Under the pieces are notes generated by a model. The model did no database searches, was not told the origin of the DNA, and saw nothing but the letters and a program-made list of their open reading frames with translations. The translations under genes were made by a program, and so were the position numbers. Shown here in pieces: positions 1 to 9,369 of a stretch of 20,934 nt of DNA. Source of the DNA: Octopus sinensis (Eukaryota); the NCBI RefSeq assembly GCF_006345805.1, contig NW_021823831.1, positions 1-20,934 of the forward strand, read 5' to 3'. Each line of letters begins with the position of its first letter. Within the stretch, counting starts at the first letter, position 1.

Positions 1-233
1 TATCTGGAAAGTCTTGCTTCGGTCTTGCTTAACCAGAACCGTCTGAAGAGGCTGTAGAAGCCTACGGGAGTAACAATCTCGGGTGCAGATGCGGTCACTG
101 CTTGCTAGTGTTATCTTGTGCTGTGTTTTGTTTTTATTCGAAAGCATTTTTCTTCTGCAACAAACCTCAGCATGACAAAGAAGTTGGATAACTAGATAGG
201 AACCAGGACCGCATTATTAGGGACTCCATGTGA

Positions 234-1033
234 GGCGGCGAGCTGGCAGAAACGTTAAGCACGCTGGGCGAAATGCTTAGCGGTATTTCGTCTGCCGTTA
301 CGTTCTGAGTTCAAATTCCGCCGAGGTCGACTTTGCCTTTCATCCTTTCGGGGTCGATAAATAAAGTACCAGCTACGCACTGGTGTCGATCTAATCGACT
401 TAATCCCCTTGTCTGTCCTTGTTTGTCCCCTCTATGTTTAGCCCCTTGTGGGCAACAAAGAAATATGAGTTGGCAGAATCGTTAGCACGCTGGGCGAAAT
501 GCTTAGCGGTATTTCACCTTCCGCTACGTTCTGAGTTCAAATTCTGCCGAGGTCGACTTTGGCTTTCATCCTTTCGGGGTCGATAAATTAAGTACCAGTA
601 ACGCACTGGGGTCGATGTAATCGATTTAATACCTATGTCTGTCCTTGTTTGTCCCCTCTGTGTTTAGCCCCTTGTGGGTAATAAAGAAATAGGTATTTCG
701 CGTTTCCGCTACGTTCTGAGTTCAAATTCCGCTGAGGTCGACTTTGCCTTTCATCCTTTCGGGGTCGATTAAATAAGTACCAGTTACGCACTGGGGTCGA
801 TGTAATCGACTTAATCTGTTTGTCTGGTCTTGTTTGTCCTCTCTGTGTTTGGCCCCTTGTGGGTAGTAAAGAAATAGGAATTTTGCCTGCCACTACGTTC
901 TGAGTTCAAATTCCGCCGAGATTGACTTTATCCTTCAACCTTTCGGGGTCGATTAAACTAGTACCCCTTACGCACCGGACTCGATGTAACTAATTTATCT
1001 CCAGACCTCGACCCTATAGTAGAAAGGATTATT
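234..1033 (+). mobile_element. Head-to-tail array of four units of tRNA-derived SINE family 1 (234-465, 466-691, 692-876, 877-1033)
   Basis: Four aligned copies with an A-box-like TGGCAGAA and B-box GAGTTCAAATTC, followed by a conserved GTCGACTTTGCCTTTCATCCTTTCGGGGTCGAT block. Units 3 and 4 lack the head. The array is flanked by a 17 bp direct repeat (213-229 and 1028-1044, 16/17 identical). Confidence 0.9.
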
Positions 1034-1060
1034 AGGGACTTCATCAGTCTACTTGAAGTC

Positions 1061-1530
1061 TAGAATCGGTCACCGCTTGCTAAGGTGGGAGGTGTTGAAA
1101 CAATGCTTCTTTTCCAGGATGGGTCTCCGTTTGCTACGGTGTGAGGTGTGAGATGCTGCCCTTGTCCAGGATGGTCTCCGCTTGCAAAGGTGGGAAGTGT
1201 TGGAACGCTGCTTGCTTTCCAGGATGCGTCTCCGCTTAACACGATGGGAGATGTCAGAAGGGAGATGTTAGATGTAGTTCTTGTCCAGGGTGGGTCACCG
1301 CTTGCTACGATGGGATATATTGAGATTCTGCTACTGTCCAGGATGGTTTCCGCTTGCAAAGGTGGGAAGTGTTGGCACGCTGCTTGCTTTCCAGGATGGG
1401 TCTCCGCTTAACATGATGGGAGATGTTAGATGTAGGTCTTGTCCAGGATGGGTCACCGCTTGCTACGATAGGGAATGTTGAGATGTTTCTCATGTCCAGC
1501 ATGGTCTCCGCTTGCTAAAGTGGGAGTGTG
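1061..1530. repeat. Minisatellite with 51-54 bp units (one 66 bp unit) and an A-B-C higher-order structure of ~158 bp
   Basis: Core TCCAGGATGG(G)TCTCCGCTTGC recurs at 1113, 1165, 1218, 1284, 1337, 1390, 1442 and 1495; variable parts repeat every third unit. Confidence 0.9.
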
Positions 1531-1614
1531 TGAACATTGTAGCGACCTCAGGTCTCCTGTTGTAAAGCAGTGTGCTGACGGTGCAAATCTTATGACCGAC
1601 TTCTGCAGAATTTT

Positions 1615-1730
1615 TGTTTACCAAAATCTACTCTCAAGGCATTGGTTAACTCGAAGTCATAGAAGTTATACGAGTCCTGTGCAGTACAATTGAACCCGGA
1701 ACTGTGTCATTGTGAAGCAAACTCATGAAA
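1615..1730 (-). mobile_element. Degenerate head fragment of SINE family 2
   Basis: CAAAATCTACTCTCAAGGCATTGG...TGAACCCGGAAC aligns by eye to the intact copy at 11077-11165. Confidence 0.45.
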
Positions 1731-1774
1731 TGTTGCTAAACCGGCTTAAATATTTAAATTGAAAGAGAAGGGGA

Positions 1775-1795
1775 TTATGAAGTATGTGTTTGTGC

Positions 1796-1833
<38 letters not shown>

Positions 1834-2092
1834 TGTGTGTGTATACCCATGTGTGTATATGTGCGTGTGCGTGCGTGTGTGTGGTGTGTGATAGAAAGAG
1901 AAAAGAGTGGACATGTTCGATGTGAAAAAAAGATTGAGAAGGAAATAGAACTAGAGAAAAAATGTGTGGAATGAGAAGAAGAAGAAGAAGAAGAAGAAGA
2001 GTGGGAGAAAGTGTGTGGACTGACGGGAGAGATTGAGAGACAGTGAAGGAGTGAGTCAGAGGCAGTGAAAGCTGGAGAGAGAGAGAGGGGGT

Positions 2093-2142
<50 letters not shown>

Positions 2143-2420
2143 AAGAGAAAGAGAAAGGGAGAGAGAGAGAGAGAGAGAAAGCGATAGAGACTGAAAGAAG
2201 GAGGGAAGGAAGTAGAGAGAGTGAGAGAAAGAAATACAGAGCAGGAATGTCTGCGTGTTAGGAACAATTTTAAAATCAGGCAAAATTTGGGAAGAAAGCA
2301 AAAAATTTAACGGTTAAAAGAAAGAGTAGATGGGAGAGAGAGGGAGAGAGAGAAAGAGAGAGAGAAAAAGATAAAGAGAGATAACGAGTGAGGGGTAGGG
2401 AGAGGAGAAGGTACGATGTG
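1775..2420. repeat. Compound microsatellite tract (GT)n, (GAA)n, (GA)n
   Basis: Simple repeats directly visible. Confidence 0.95.
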
Positions 2421-2550
2421 GTGATGAGAGTTAGGGATAGAAGAGAAAAAAGAACGAAAGCAAACAATAAAGAGTGAAACAGTAAAAGAAATGAAAAGCT
2501 TGAAGAAAGAATGGTACTTTTAAAGTAACAGCTTATATAAGCTATATTAC

Positions 2551-2624
2551 CGTCTGTTTAAGACCGGAGATGACGTCACTGCAATATAATCGCCATCCTC
2601 GTTGTACAGCCGTAGCGCCGCCAT
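2551..2624 (-). CDS. Candidate first coding exon of an unidentified host gene (MAALRLYNEDGDYIAVTSSPVLNR, phase 2)
   Basis: TTAAATGGCGGCG start context at 2624; open frame to a CG|GTAATA donor at 2550 that directly precedes an in-frame TAA. Lies in a unique, CpG-containing island. No homology recognised. Confidence 0.45.
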
Positions 2625-2730
2625 TTAATCACATGTGACCTAGTTGTGTTGTTGAAGAAATTGGGTTTTGTTTCCGTGGGTTAGATTGCCCCAACCTTGC
2701 CTCACTTCCGAGCACGTGACCTCCTTACCT
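2571..2730. promoter_or_regulatory. Housekeeping-type Pol II promoter-like motif cluster
   Basis: TGACGTCA (CRE, 2571-2578), GCCGCCATTT (YY1-type, 2617-2626), CACATGTG (2630-2637), CACTTCCG (ETS-type, 2703-2710) and CACGTGAC (E-box, 2713-2720), all within 150 bp. Confidence 0.45.
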
Positions 2731-2769
2731 ACTTTATCATGGCATTTAATGTAATATATCATGCCATAG

Positions 2770-2817
2770 TGTATAACATTGTATATAACATTGTATATAA
2801 TATTGTATATAATATTG

Positions 2818-2849
<32 letters not shown>

Positions 2850-2895
2850 ATATAATATATATATATATATATTATATATATATATATATATATTA
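2770..2895. repeat. (TA)n-rich microsatellite
   Basis: Directly visible. Confidence 0.95.
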
Positions 2896-2896
2896 A

Positions 2897-3295
2897 GGCA
2901 GCGAGCGGGCAGAAACGTTAGCAGCCGGGCGAAATGCGTAGCCGTATTTCGTCTGCCGTTACGTTCTGAGTTCAAATTCCGCCGAGGTCGAATTTGCTTT
3001 TCATCCTTTCGGGGGCGATAAATTAACTACCTGTTACGCACTGGGGTCGATATAATCGACTTAATCCGTTTGTCTCTCCTTGTTTGTTCCCTCTGTGTTT
3101 AGCCCCTTGTGGGTAGTGAAGAAATGGGTATTTCGTCTGTCTTTATGTTCTGAGTTCAAATTCCGTCGAGGTCAACTTTGCCTTACATCCTTACATTGAG
3201 GTCAACTTTGCCTTACATCCTTACGGCGTACTGGGTCGCTCTGATCGACACTGGCCCCCTCCCATAAATCTCGGGCCTTGCGTCTGGAGTAGAAA
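2897..3295 (+). mobile_element. SINE family 1 copy plus a headless, rearranged second unit starting at 3127
   Basis: Aligns to 234-465. The second unit starts at GGTATTTCG and carries a 27 bp internal duplication (GAGGTCAACTTTGCCTTACATCCTTAC). Confidence 0.85.
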
Positions 3296-3372
3296 ATAAT
3301 ATTGTACACACACACACACACACAAACACATATATATATGTATGTATGTATGTATATATGTATGTATATAGA

Positions 3373-3575
3373 TATTCTTTTATTCTTTTACTTGTTTCAG
3401 TCATCTGACTGCGGCCATGCTGGAGCAACGCCTTTAGTCGAACAAATCGACCCGAGGACTTATTCTTGGTAAGCCTAGTACTTATTCTGTTGGTCTCTTT
3501 TGCCGAATCGCTAAGTTACGGAGACGTAAACACACCAACATCGGCTGTCAAGCGATGGTGGAGGACAAACGCAGA
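3373..3575 (-). mobile_element. 3' half of SINE family 2
   Basis: Aligns to 10806-11000. Confidence 0.8.
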
Positions 3576-3738
3576 CCCCTACATAGACAACATATATTAA
3601 AAGAGGGTCTAAGATAAAATTTTGCACATGCTCTTAGCTATGCACAAAACATGAGAACAAACTGTTTTTAATCGATCTTCGCCCTTACCTTAGATAACAT
3701 CGGTAGCGTTCAGAGAGGAAGCTGGTATGCGTGGACGA

Positions 3739-3964
3739 GGGAGCTGGCAGAAACGTTAGCACGCCGGGCGAAATGCTTAGCGGTATTTCGTCTGCGTTAC
3801 GTTGTGAGTTCAAATTCCGCCGAGGTCGATTTTGCCTTTCATCCTTTCGGGGTCGATAAATTAAGTACCAGTTACGCACTGGGGTCGATGTAAATGACTT
3901 AATACCTATGTCTGTCCTTGTTTGTCCCCTCTGTGTTTAGCCCCTTGTGGGTAATAAAGAAATA
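3739..3964 (+). mobile_element. Young full-length SINE family 1 copy with a perfect 15 bp TSD
   Basis: GGTATGCGTGGACGA at 3724-3738 and 3965-3979; intact A and B boxes. Confidence 0.92.
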
Positions 3965-4204
3965 GGTATGCGTGGACGACTATTGGTCTTCCATAAAAAC
4001 AACCTTTGTCAGGACTTGTGCCTCGGAAGAGAACCTTCTAGGTGTTACCCCATGGTCCTTCATGACCGAAGCGAGTAGGGTGAGTTTGGGTGGTGGGGTC
4101 TTCACCTTTTTAGTGTATAGTGTACTTAATATGGTTTCGTTTTCCTGTCCTGTTATTGGAAACACATAATAGCGACAGATGATGATAAGGTTAGCTTCAG
4201 TGTC

Positions 4205-4333
4205 GTTATTCTTTTATTTGTTTCAGTCATTTGACTGCGGTCATACTGGAGCACAGTCTTTAGTCGAACAAATCGACCCCAGGACTTATTCTTTATAAGC
4301 CTATTACGAGGGTGAGAGGACAAACACAGACAC
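4205..4333 (-). mobile_element. Internally deleted 3' half of SINE family 2
   Basis: Aligns to 10806-10915, then jumps to the GGACAAACACAGAC end. Confidence 0.7.
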
Positions 4334-4408
4334 CTTCCCTGCGTATGTAAAATCTTGTATCTCTGCCGTAAGGCTCCATTTCCACAAGCGCCAGCTTAAT
4401 TCAGTTCG

Positions 4409-4708
4409 TCCTTAGTCGAAAGACGCCTGTTGTTATGTCCTGTTATTATTTATATTGTATTTTTTATTGTATTTATATTTGTGTAACACTGTCCATTTTT
4501 TCCGTCCTTGTTTTTGTATACATTCGCTGCTTTCTTCCAAGGAATCTAATGCTCTTAGCTTAGTTTTTCCTTGGAGCTGGCCAGATTGGAGCAATCTCAA
4601 GTATAATCAGACGAAATTGCGAGGATAATCTGGTACTTGACCGACGAAAGAAAACTTCGAACGACCGGTCCTCGTTTTCTCTATATCGTCTATCTGGATG
4701 TTTTGTTG
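4409..4708. repeat. Unclassified ~300 bp dispersed repeat, copy 1
   Basis: Colinear, same-strand match to 10183-10488. Confidence 0.85.
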
Positions 4709-4823
4709 CCCCTTTTTGCATCACATAGCTGTCCGGGTGTTTTATGTTCTTGTCCTATTTTGTATTATATATATATATATACAAATAAATGAAAGAATGG
4801 AGTTGAACGACGAATTAACAAAA

Positions 4824-4922
4824 TTCCTTTATTTTCGACATATGTTTCGAAGGCTGCATATTCCTAATTTCGAAGGAATAAGGGGTGCATTATGCCGCCT
4901 TCTCATCAGGAAAAACAAGGAA
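4824..4922 (-). ncRNA. Type I hammerhead ribozyme (mirror copy)
   Basis: Reverse complement of 5017-5115; CUGAUGA at 4909-4903 and GUC at 4839-4837. Confidence 0.85.
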
Positions 4923-5016
4923 CTTATGTCAGCATCAAGATGCACAAAAACTTTTAGATGACTGCCCACACGGAGCCCATCTAAAAGTTTTTTGTGCATC
5001 TTGATGCTGACATAAG

Positions 5017-5115
5017 TTCCTTGTTTTTCCTGATGAGAAGGCGGCATAATGCACCCCTTATTCCTTCGAAATTAGGAATATGCAGCCTTCGAAACATATG
5101 TCGAAAATAAAGGAA
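5017..5115 (+). ncRNA. Type I hammerhead ribozyme
   Basis: Stem I TTTTC 5025-5029 pairs with GAAAA 5103-5107, extended by TTCCTT/AAGGAA. Core CUGAUGA 5030-5036. Stem II GAAGGC 5037-5042 pairs with GCCTTC 5085-5090. GAA 5091-5093. Palindromic stem III ACATATGT 5094-5101. GUC triplet 5100-5102. Confidence 0.88.
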
Positions 5116-5295
5116 TTTTGTTAATTCGTCGTTCAACTCCATTCTTTCATTTATTTGTATTTAAAAAAAAACACACAAATTTCCACACGAAAGTATGTGA
5201 TCTCTGCCCTAGGCATGTAGCTGCAACCGTGTTTTTCTGACGTGAATTTGCTACCCAGGTATCGGTTAAAGATAATCCATTCAACTACTCAAATA

Positions 5296-5698
5296 TCTCT
5301 TATTATAAAAGGCAGATTGTATCTGCCTCCCTTTGGGAGTTATAGAAATCTACAATATAGGATTTCTTCAATTACAATTTACCTAGCATTTTTGAGAGTA
5401 CAATGCATCGCGTCATGCCAGGTCCAGTTTTTAAAATTTAAACTCCAATTAAGCAAAATTTACAGAAAACTCACATTCTGGTGTGTGTGTCAAATGCTTT
5501 TCTTAGTCTGGTTTACACCACACGCACACACGCACACACACATGTGCGACGAATAAAATGAAAGTAAATGTAATATTTGTTTCTGTCTATCACGCCGATA
5601 GATACATGAGTAAAATGTATGGGAAGCTAACAGATAACAGTGAGTGAAAATGTTCTTGGAAGAGAGTAAATTAGCGACAGAGTGATTTGAGCAAGACT
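5296..5698 (+). mobile_element. Helitron-like 5' segment, family B, copy 1
   Basis: Starts A|TCTCTTATTATAAAAGGCAG; direct repeat of 6523-6918. No 3' CTAG terminus of its own was found. Confidence 0.55.
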
Positions 5699-6076
5699 AA
5701 ACTGAAGTATGAAACAGTGTTTATGTATAAACAGACGACACTTATATAAACCTTTCGTTACCAAACCGCCCGAATTTACCTATTCATATTTAAATGAGAA
5801 TATCAGAGTAAATCTCTTTAGTACATTCGTGAAAACACGTATTATACTTCGTAAACACTTCAAATACAGTTTTGTACAAAAATCGAAGTGTAATTTTAAT
5901 TCCTTGAATTATGGGAGATTTTTTTCCGAAATTTGTTCCTATTGTGTTTTCAAAATTTGTAATTCTGACAAAAAATGGATACGAATTTCATTATATCAAG
6001 CAGCGAGTCAGAATTCGAAGGATTTTCTACTGAAGACCTTCATAAATCTAACTCTATGACTGAAAAAAAATAAGCA

Positions 6077-6469
6077 TCTTTATATAAGAGTGAAGTTGTG
6101 TGTCTGTCCCCTTCGATTTAGATTCGTAACTACTCCCACATTTTGCCGTGCAGTTTAACCAAAAGCGGTATCTTATAGTCGTGATTCATATCGAGCCCTT
6201 CTGGTTATTAGCGCGCGTCTACGATGAGTCTACGATTTAAAAAAAATTTACCATCATATTTTTCCATTTGAATGCATTTTTTTCGCTTTTATATAAGGGA
6301 AGTAACTCTCTAAAAATATCTACGATGTGTCAACGATTTAAAAAAAAATTTACCTTAATTTTTTTTCAATTTTTAATGCATTTTTTTGCTAATTTTTGGC
6401 TATAACTCTCTAAAAATGCTTATATAGTTATTTCCCTTACAACCCGAGCAACGCCGGGCGATACTGCTA

Positions 6470-6470
<1 letters not shown>
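6077..6470 (+). mobile_element. Non-autonomous Helitron, family A, copy 1
   Basis: 5' A|TC. 3' hairpin CCCGAGCAACGCCGGG (6443-6458), then CTAG|T. No TSD. Internal tandem subrepeats. Confidence 0.85.
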
Positions 6471-6522
<52 letters not shown>

Positions 6523-6525
<3 letters not shown>

Positions 6526-6918
6526 TTTTAAAAGGCAGATTTTATCTGCCTCCCTTTGGGAGTTATAGAAATCTACAATATAGGATTTCTTCAATTACAA
6601 TTTACCTAGCATTTTTGAGAGTAGAATGCATCACGTCATGCCAGGTCCAGTTTTTAAAATTTAAACTCCAATTAAGCAAAATTTACAGAAAACTCACATT
6701 TGGTGTGTGTGTCAAATGCATTTCTTAGTCTGGTTTACACCACACGCAACGCACACACACAGTGTGCCACGAATAAGTGAAACTAGATGTAATATTTGTT
6801 TCTGTCTATGACGCTGATAGATACATGAGTAAAATGTATGGGAAGCTAACACATAAGAGTGAGTGAAAATGTTCTTGGAAGAGAGTAAATAGCGACAGAG
6901 AGTGATTTGAGGAAGACT
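6523..6918 (+). mobile_element. Helitron-like 5' segment, family B, copy 2
   Basis: Starts A|TCTTTTTAAAAGGCAG; matches 5296-5698. Confidence 0.55.
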
Positions 6919-6959
6919 TTACATTAAATAACCGTAGTGGCTTGTGTTAGTAATAAAGT

Positions 6960-7263
6960 AAACATACACTCATACATACATACATACATACATACATACA
7001 TACATACATGCATACATACATACACACACCACACACACATACACACACAACATACATACATACACACACACATACATACACACATACATACATACATATA
7101 CATACAACACATCATATAATACATACAAACACGCACACACACATACACACACACACAGTATTGAAGCTTGAGAACAATCAGATACATTTGCAACACATCT
7201 GTCAAAATATTATTGTTCACACACATACATATACATATATACATACAGACAGACAGACAGATA

Positions 7264-7299
<36 letters not shown>

Positions 7300-7423
7300 A
7301 TCCAGCATGGCCACAACCTCAAGGCTGAAACATATAAAAGAATAACAGAATATAAATGTGTGCATGTGTGTGAGAGAGAGAGTGTGTGTGTATATGTATG
7401 TATGTATGTATGTATATATATAT
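6960..7423. repeat. Compound (CATA)n/(CA)n/(CAGA)n/(TATG)n microsatellite region
   Basis: Directly visible. Confidence 0.9.
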
Positions 7424-8010
7424 AATAATGCGGTTTTTTCAACAGCTTGAACTAAAAGTCAGAGGGGAATGGGATAAACTACTTATATTAACTTGCTATA
7501 AAAGCAGGCAGTAATTTTATCTTGTCCTTATTCATAGTGCAAGTTTTGAAGAGTGCATTTCGATTTTAACAGCTATTTTTTTCAAAGCTATATTGGAAGT
7601 AACAAAGGAGCATATTTGGCATATTTTGCTTTATGAGTTCAATAAAGACAACAACGCAACGGAAAGTACAAGAAATATTAATGCAGTATATGGGGATTGG
7701 ACAATAAGCGTAAGGCAGTGTCAATGGTGGTTCCAGAAATTCCGAGCCATAAACTACAGCCTAGAAGACGAGCCTCATCCTGAAAGATCTGTAGAACTCG
7801 ACAAGGACATCCTGAAAACCCTGGTGGAACAAAATCTCATCGTAACTGTTGAGGACTAGCAGAGAAGCTTGGATTTGGTCATCAATCAACCATTCATTGA
7901 GACCTGTGTGCTATCGAAAAGTCAGCAGATTGGGTCAATGGGTTCCTATCGAGTCTAATTGCATGCAGAGTGAATGTATGCATTTCTTTGCTGTCACAAT
8001 CTCACCACTA
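7424..8010 (+). pseudogene. Mariner transposase N-terminal remnant (HTH region through the WVP motif), frameshifted
   Basis: EHIWHILLYEFNK-NATES-RNINAVYG-ISVRQCQWWFQKF-SLEDEP (7593-7859), then LGQWVP (WVP at 7939-7947). These match the mariner HTH region and WVPHEL linker. Cut off next to the Helitron at 8025. Confidence 0.85.
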
Positions 8011-8024
8011 CTGCGCTATGTATA

Positions 8025-8659
8025 TCTATATATATAAAACTGTAGTTGTTGTGAGTGTCTGTCCCCTTCGATTTAGATTCCTAACTACTCCCACATTTTG
8101 CGGTGCAGTTTAACCAAATTCGGGTAGCTTATAGTCGTGATTCATATCGAGCCCGTCTGAGTATTAGCGCGCGTCTACGATGAGTCTACGATTTTAAAAA
8201 TAATTTAACATAATTTTTTATTCCATTTTAATGCATAATTTTCGTGTGTCGATGGCGGCGGAGTTGGCGTCCACGCTCACACCTGCACCTGTGGGGAAGG
8301 GAGTGTAAGGAAATCAACGTCGTAATGCGTTGTCAAGGAGACCAGCGTTCTTTTAGAACAACGACTTCATGGCTTGAAGACACCAAAACAGAAATGGCTA
8401 AGAAAGCGTCTACATGAGTCTACGATTTAAAAAAAAAATTACCATCGTTTTTTTTCCATTTTAATGCATTTTTTTCGCTATTATATAAGGGAAGTAACTC
8501 TCTAAAAATGTCTACGATGAGTCAACGATTTAAAAAAAAATTTACCATCATATTTTTCCATTTTAATGCATTTTTGGCTATTTTTTGGCTATAACTCTCT
8601 AAAAATGCTTATATAGTTATTTCCCTTACAAACCCGAGCAACGCCGGGCGATACTGCTA

Positions 8660-8660
<1 letters not shown>
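8025..8660 (+). mobile_element. Non-autonomous Helitron, family A, copy 2 (longer variant)
   Basis: 5' A|TCTATATATATAAAA. Same 3' hairpin (8633-8648) plus CTAG|T. Colinear with 6077-6470 apart from an extra block. Confidence 0.88.
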
Positions 8661-8700
<40 letters not shown>

Positions 8701-8730
8701 GTGTGTGTGTGTGTGTGTAATATATATACA

Positions 8731-8885
8731 AACAGGCTTCTTTCAGTTTCCGTCTACCAAGTCCACTCATAAGGATTTGGTCGGCCTGAGACTATAACAG
8801 AAGACACCCAAGATGCCACCCAGTGGGACTGAATCGTGTGGTAAGCAAGTTGCAACCTACTTACCACACAGCCACTCCTGCGCCT
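8731..8885 (-). mobile_element. 5' half of SINE family 2
   Basis: Aligns to 11050-11211; A-box TGGCTGTGTGG on the minus strand. Confidence 0.8.
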
Positions 8886-9369
8886 CGTCAGTCAATGATT
8901 TGATTTCTTAAAAAATTTTTTTTTTATAAAGTGTGCGGCAAAAACACTTCTTACATTTACCAATCTTAATAAACGTTTTTAAAGAAACGCATAAGACACA
9001 AAGGCTTGAGTAATAATTTTAGAAGACCAACAATAATGAAACTATATCCATATGAATACATCATTATTAAGTACTCATCATTAATAACGTTGTATCAACG
9101 ACCTAGTAAAATACGGCGAATTTTTCTACCGCATTCTGTGTATTAACTATTATATAAATTGAAGGTTTTACCCTATTAACCTAGATTTATCTTTTCGTTT
9201 CGTCTATATAATTTTATCCGTAGCTTTAACTATAGACATTTTCGTGTATTTTTTTTTTTTGCTAGATTTTTGCCTATAGATTTTAGACGCTGGTTTTTGT
9301 ATTATTTAGCTTATACTTTTGCGTATAGATTTCTGAGAGATTTTAGCGCATGTTTTGATTAGTAGTTAT

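Larger units (their letters stand above)
4779..5160. repeat. Near-perfect inverted repeat: arms 4779-4960 and 4978-5160, 17 nt spacer
   Basis: The arms are exact reverse complements except one homopolymer indel (A5 versus T6). Confidence 0.97.

Noticed and set aside
39-67. Hammerhead-like CTGAAGA followed by a GGCT/AGCC stem
   Set aside because: No GAAA or stem III/NUH follows the stem.
234-330. tRNA genes at SINE heads
   Set aside because: A and B boxes are present, but there is no complete cloverleaf and each continues into a SINE body.
1060-1502. Coding repeat protein (ASGDPSW ORFs)
   Set aside because: Unit lengths of 52, 52 and 54 (158 bp higher-order unit) do not preserve the frame, so the in-frame stretch is probably chance.
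1061-1530. CRISPR array
   Set aside because: The spacers are related to each other and recur every third unit, the repeats are degenerate, there are no cas genes and the context is eukaryotic.
1723-2467. Low-complexity ORFs here and at 2779-3021, 6924-7442, 9415-9868 and 13809-14560
   Set aside because: Translations of microsatellites.
4641-4670. Hammerhead-like CCGACGA/CTGAGGA...CGAA in the 300 bp repeat (also 10421-10450)
   Set aside because: Lacks the G10.1-C11.1 and A15.1-U16.1 pairs in both copies.
4698-5047. ORFs 4698-4961 (+) and 4829-5047 (-)
   Set aside because: Mirror-image frames within the palindrome with no recognisable motifs.
5063-5078. Alternative shorter hammerhead using the first CCTTCGAAA
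   Set aside because: Stem III would be AUU with no viable pairing even as a dimer; the distal CCTTCGAAAC gives the canonical fold.
5709-6059. 116 aa ORF between Helitron segments
   Set aside because: No Rep/helicase or other motif recognised; AT-rich.
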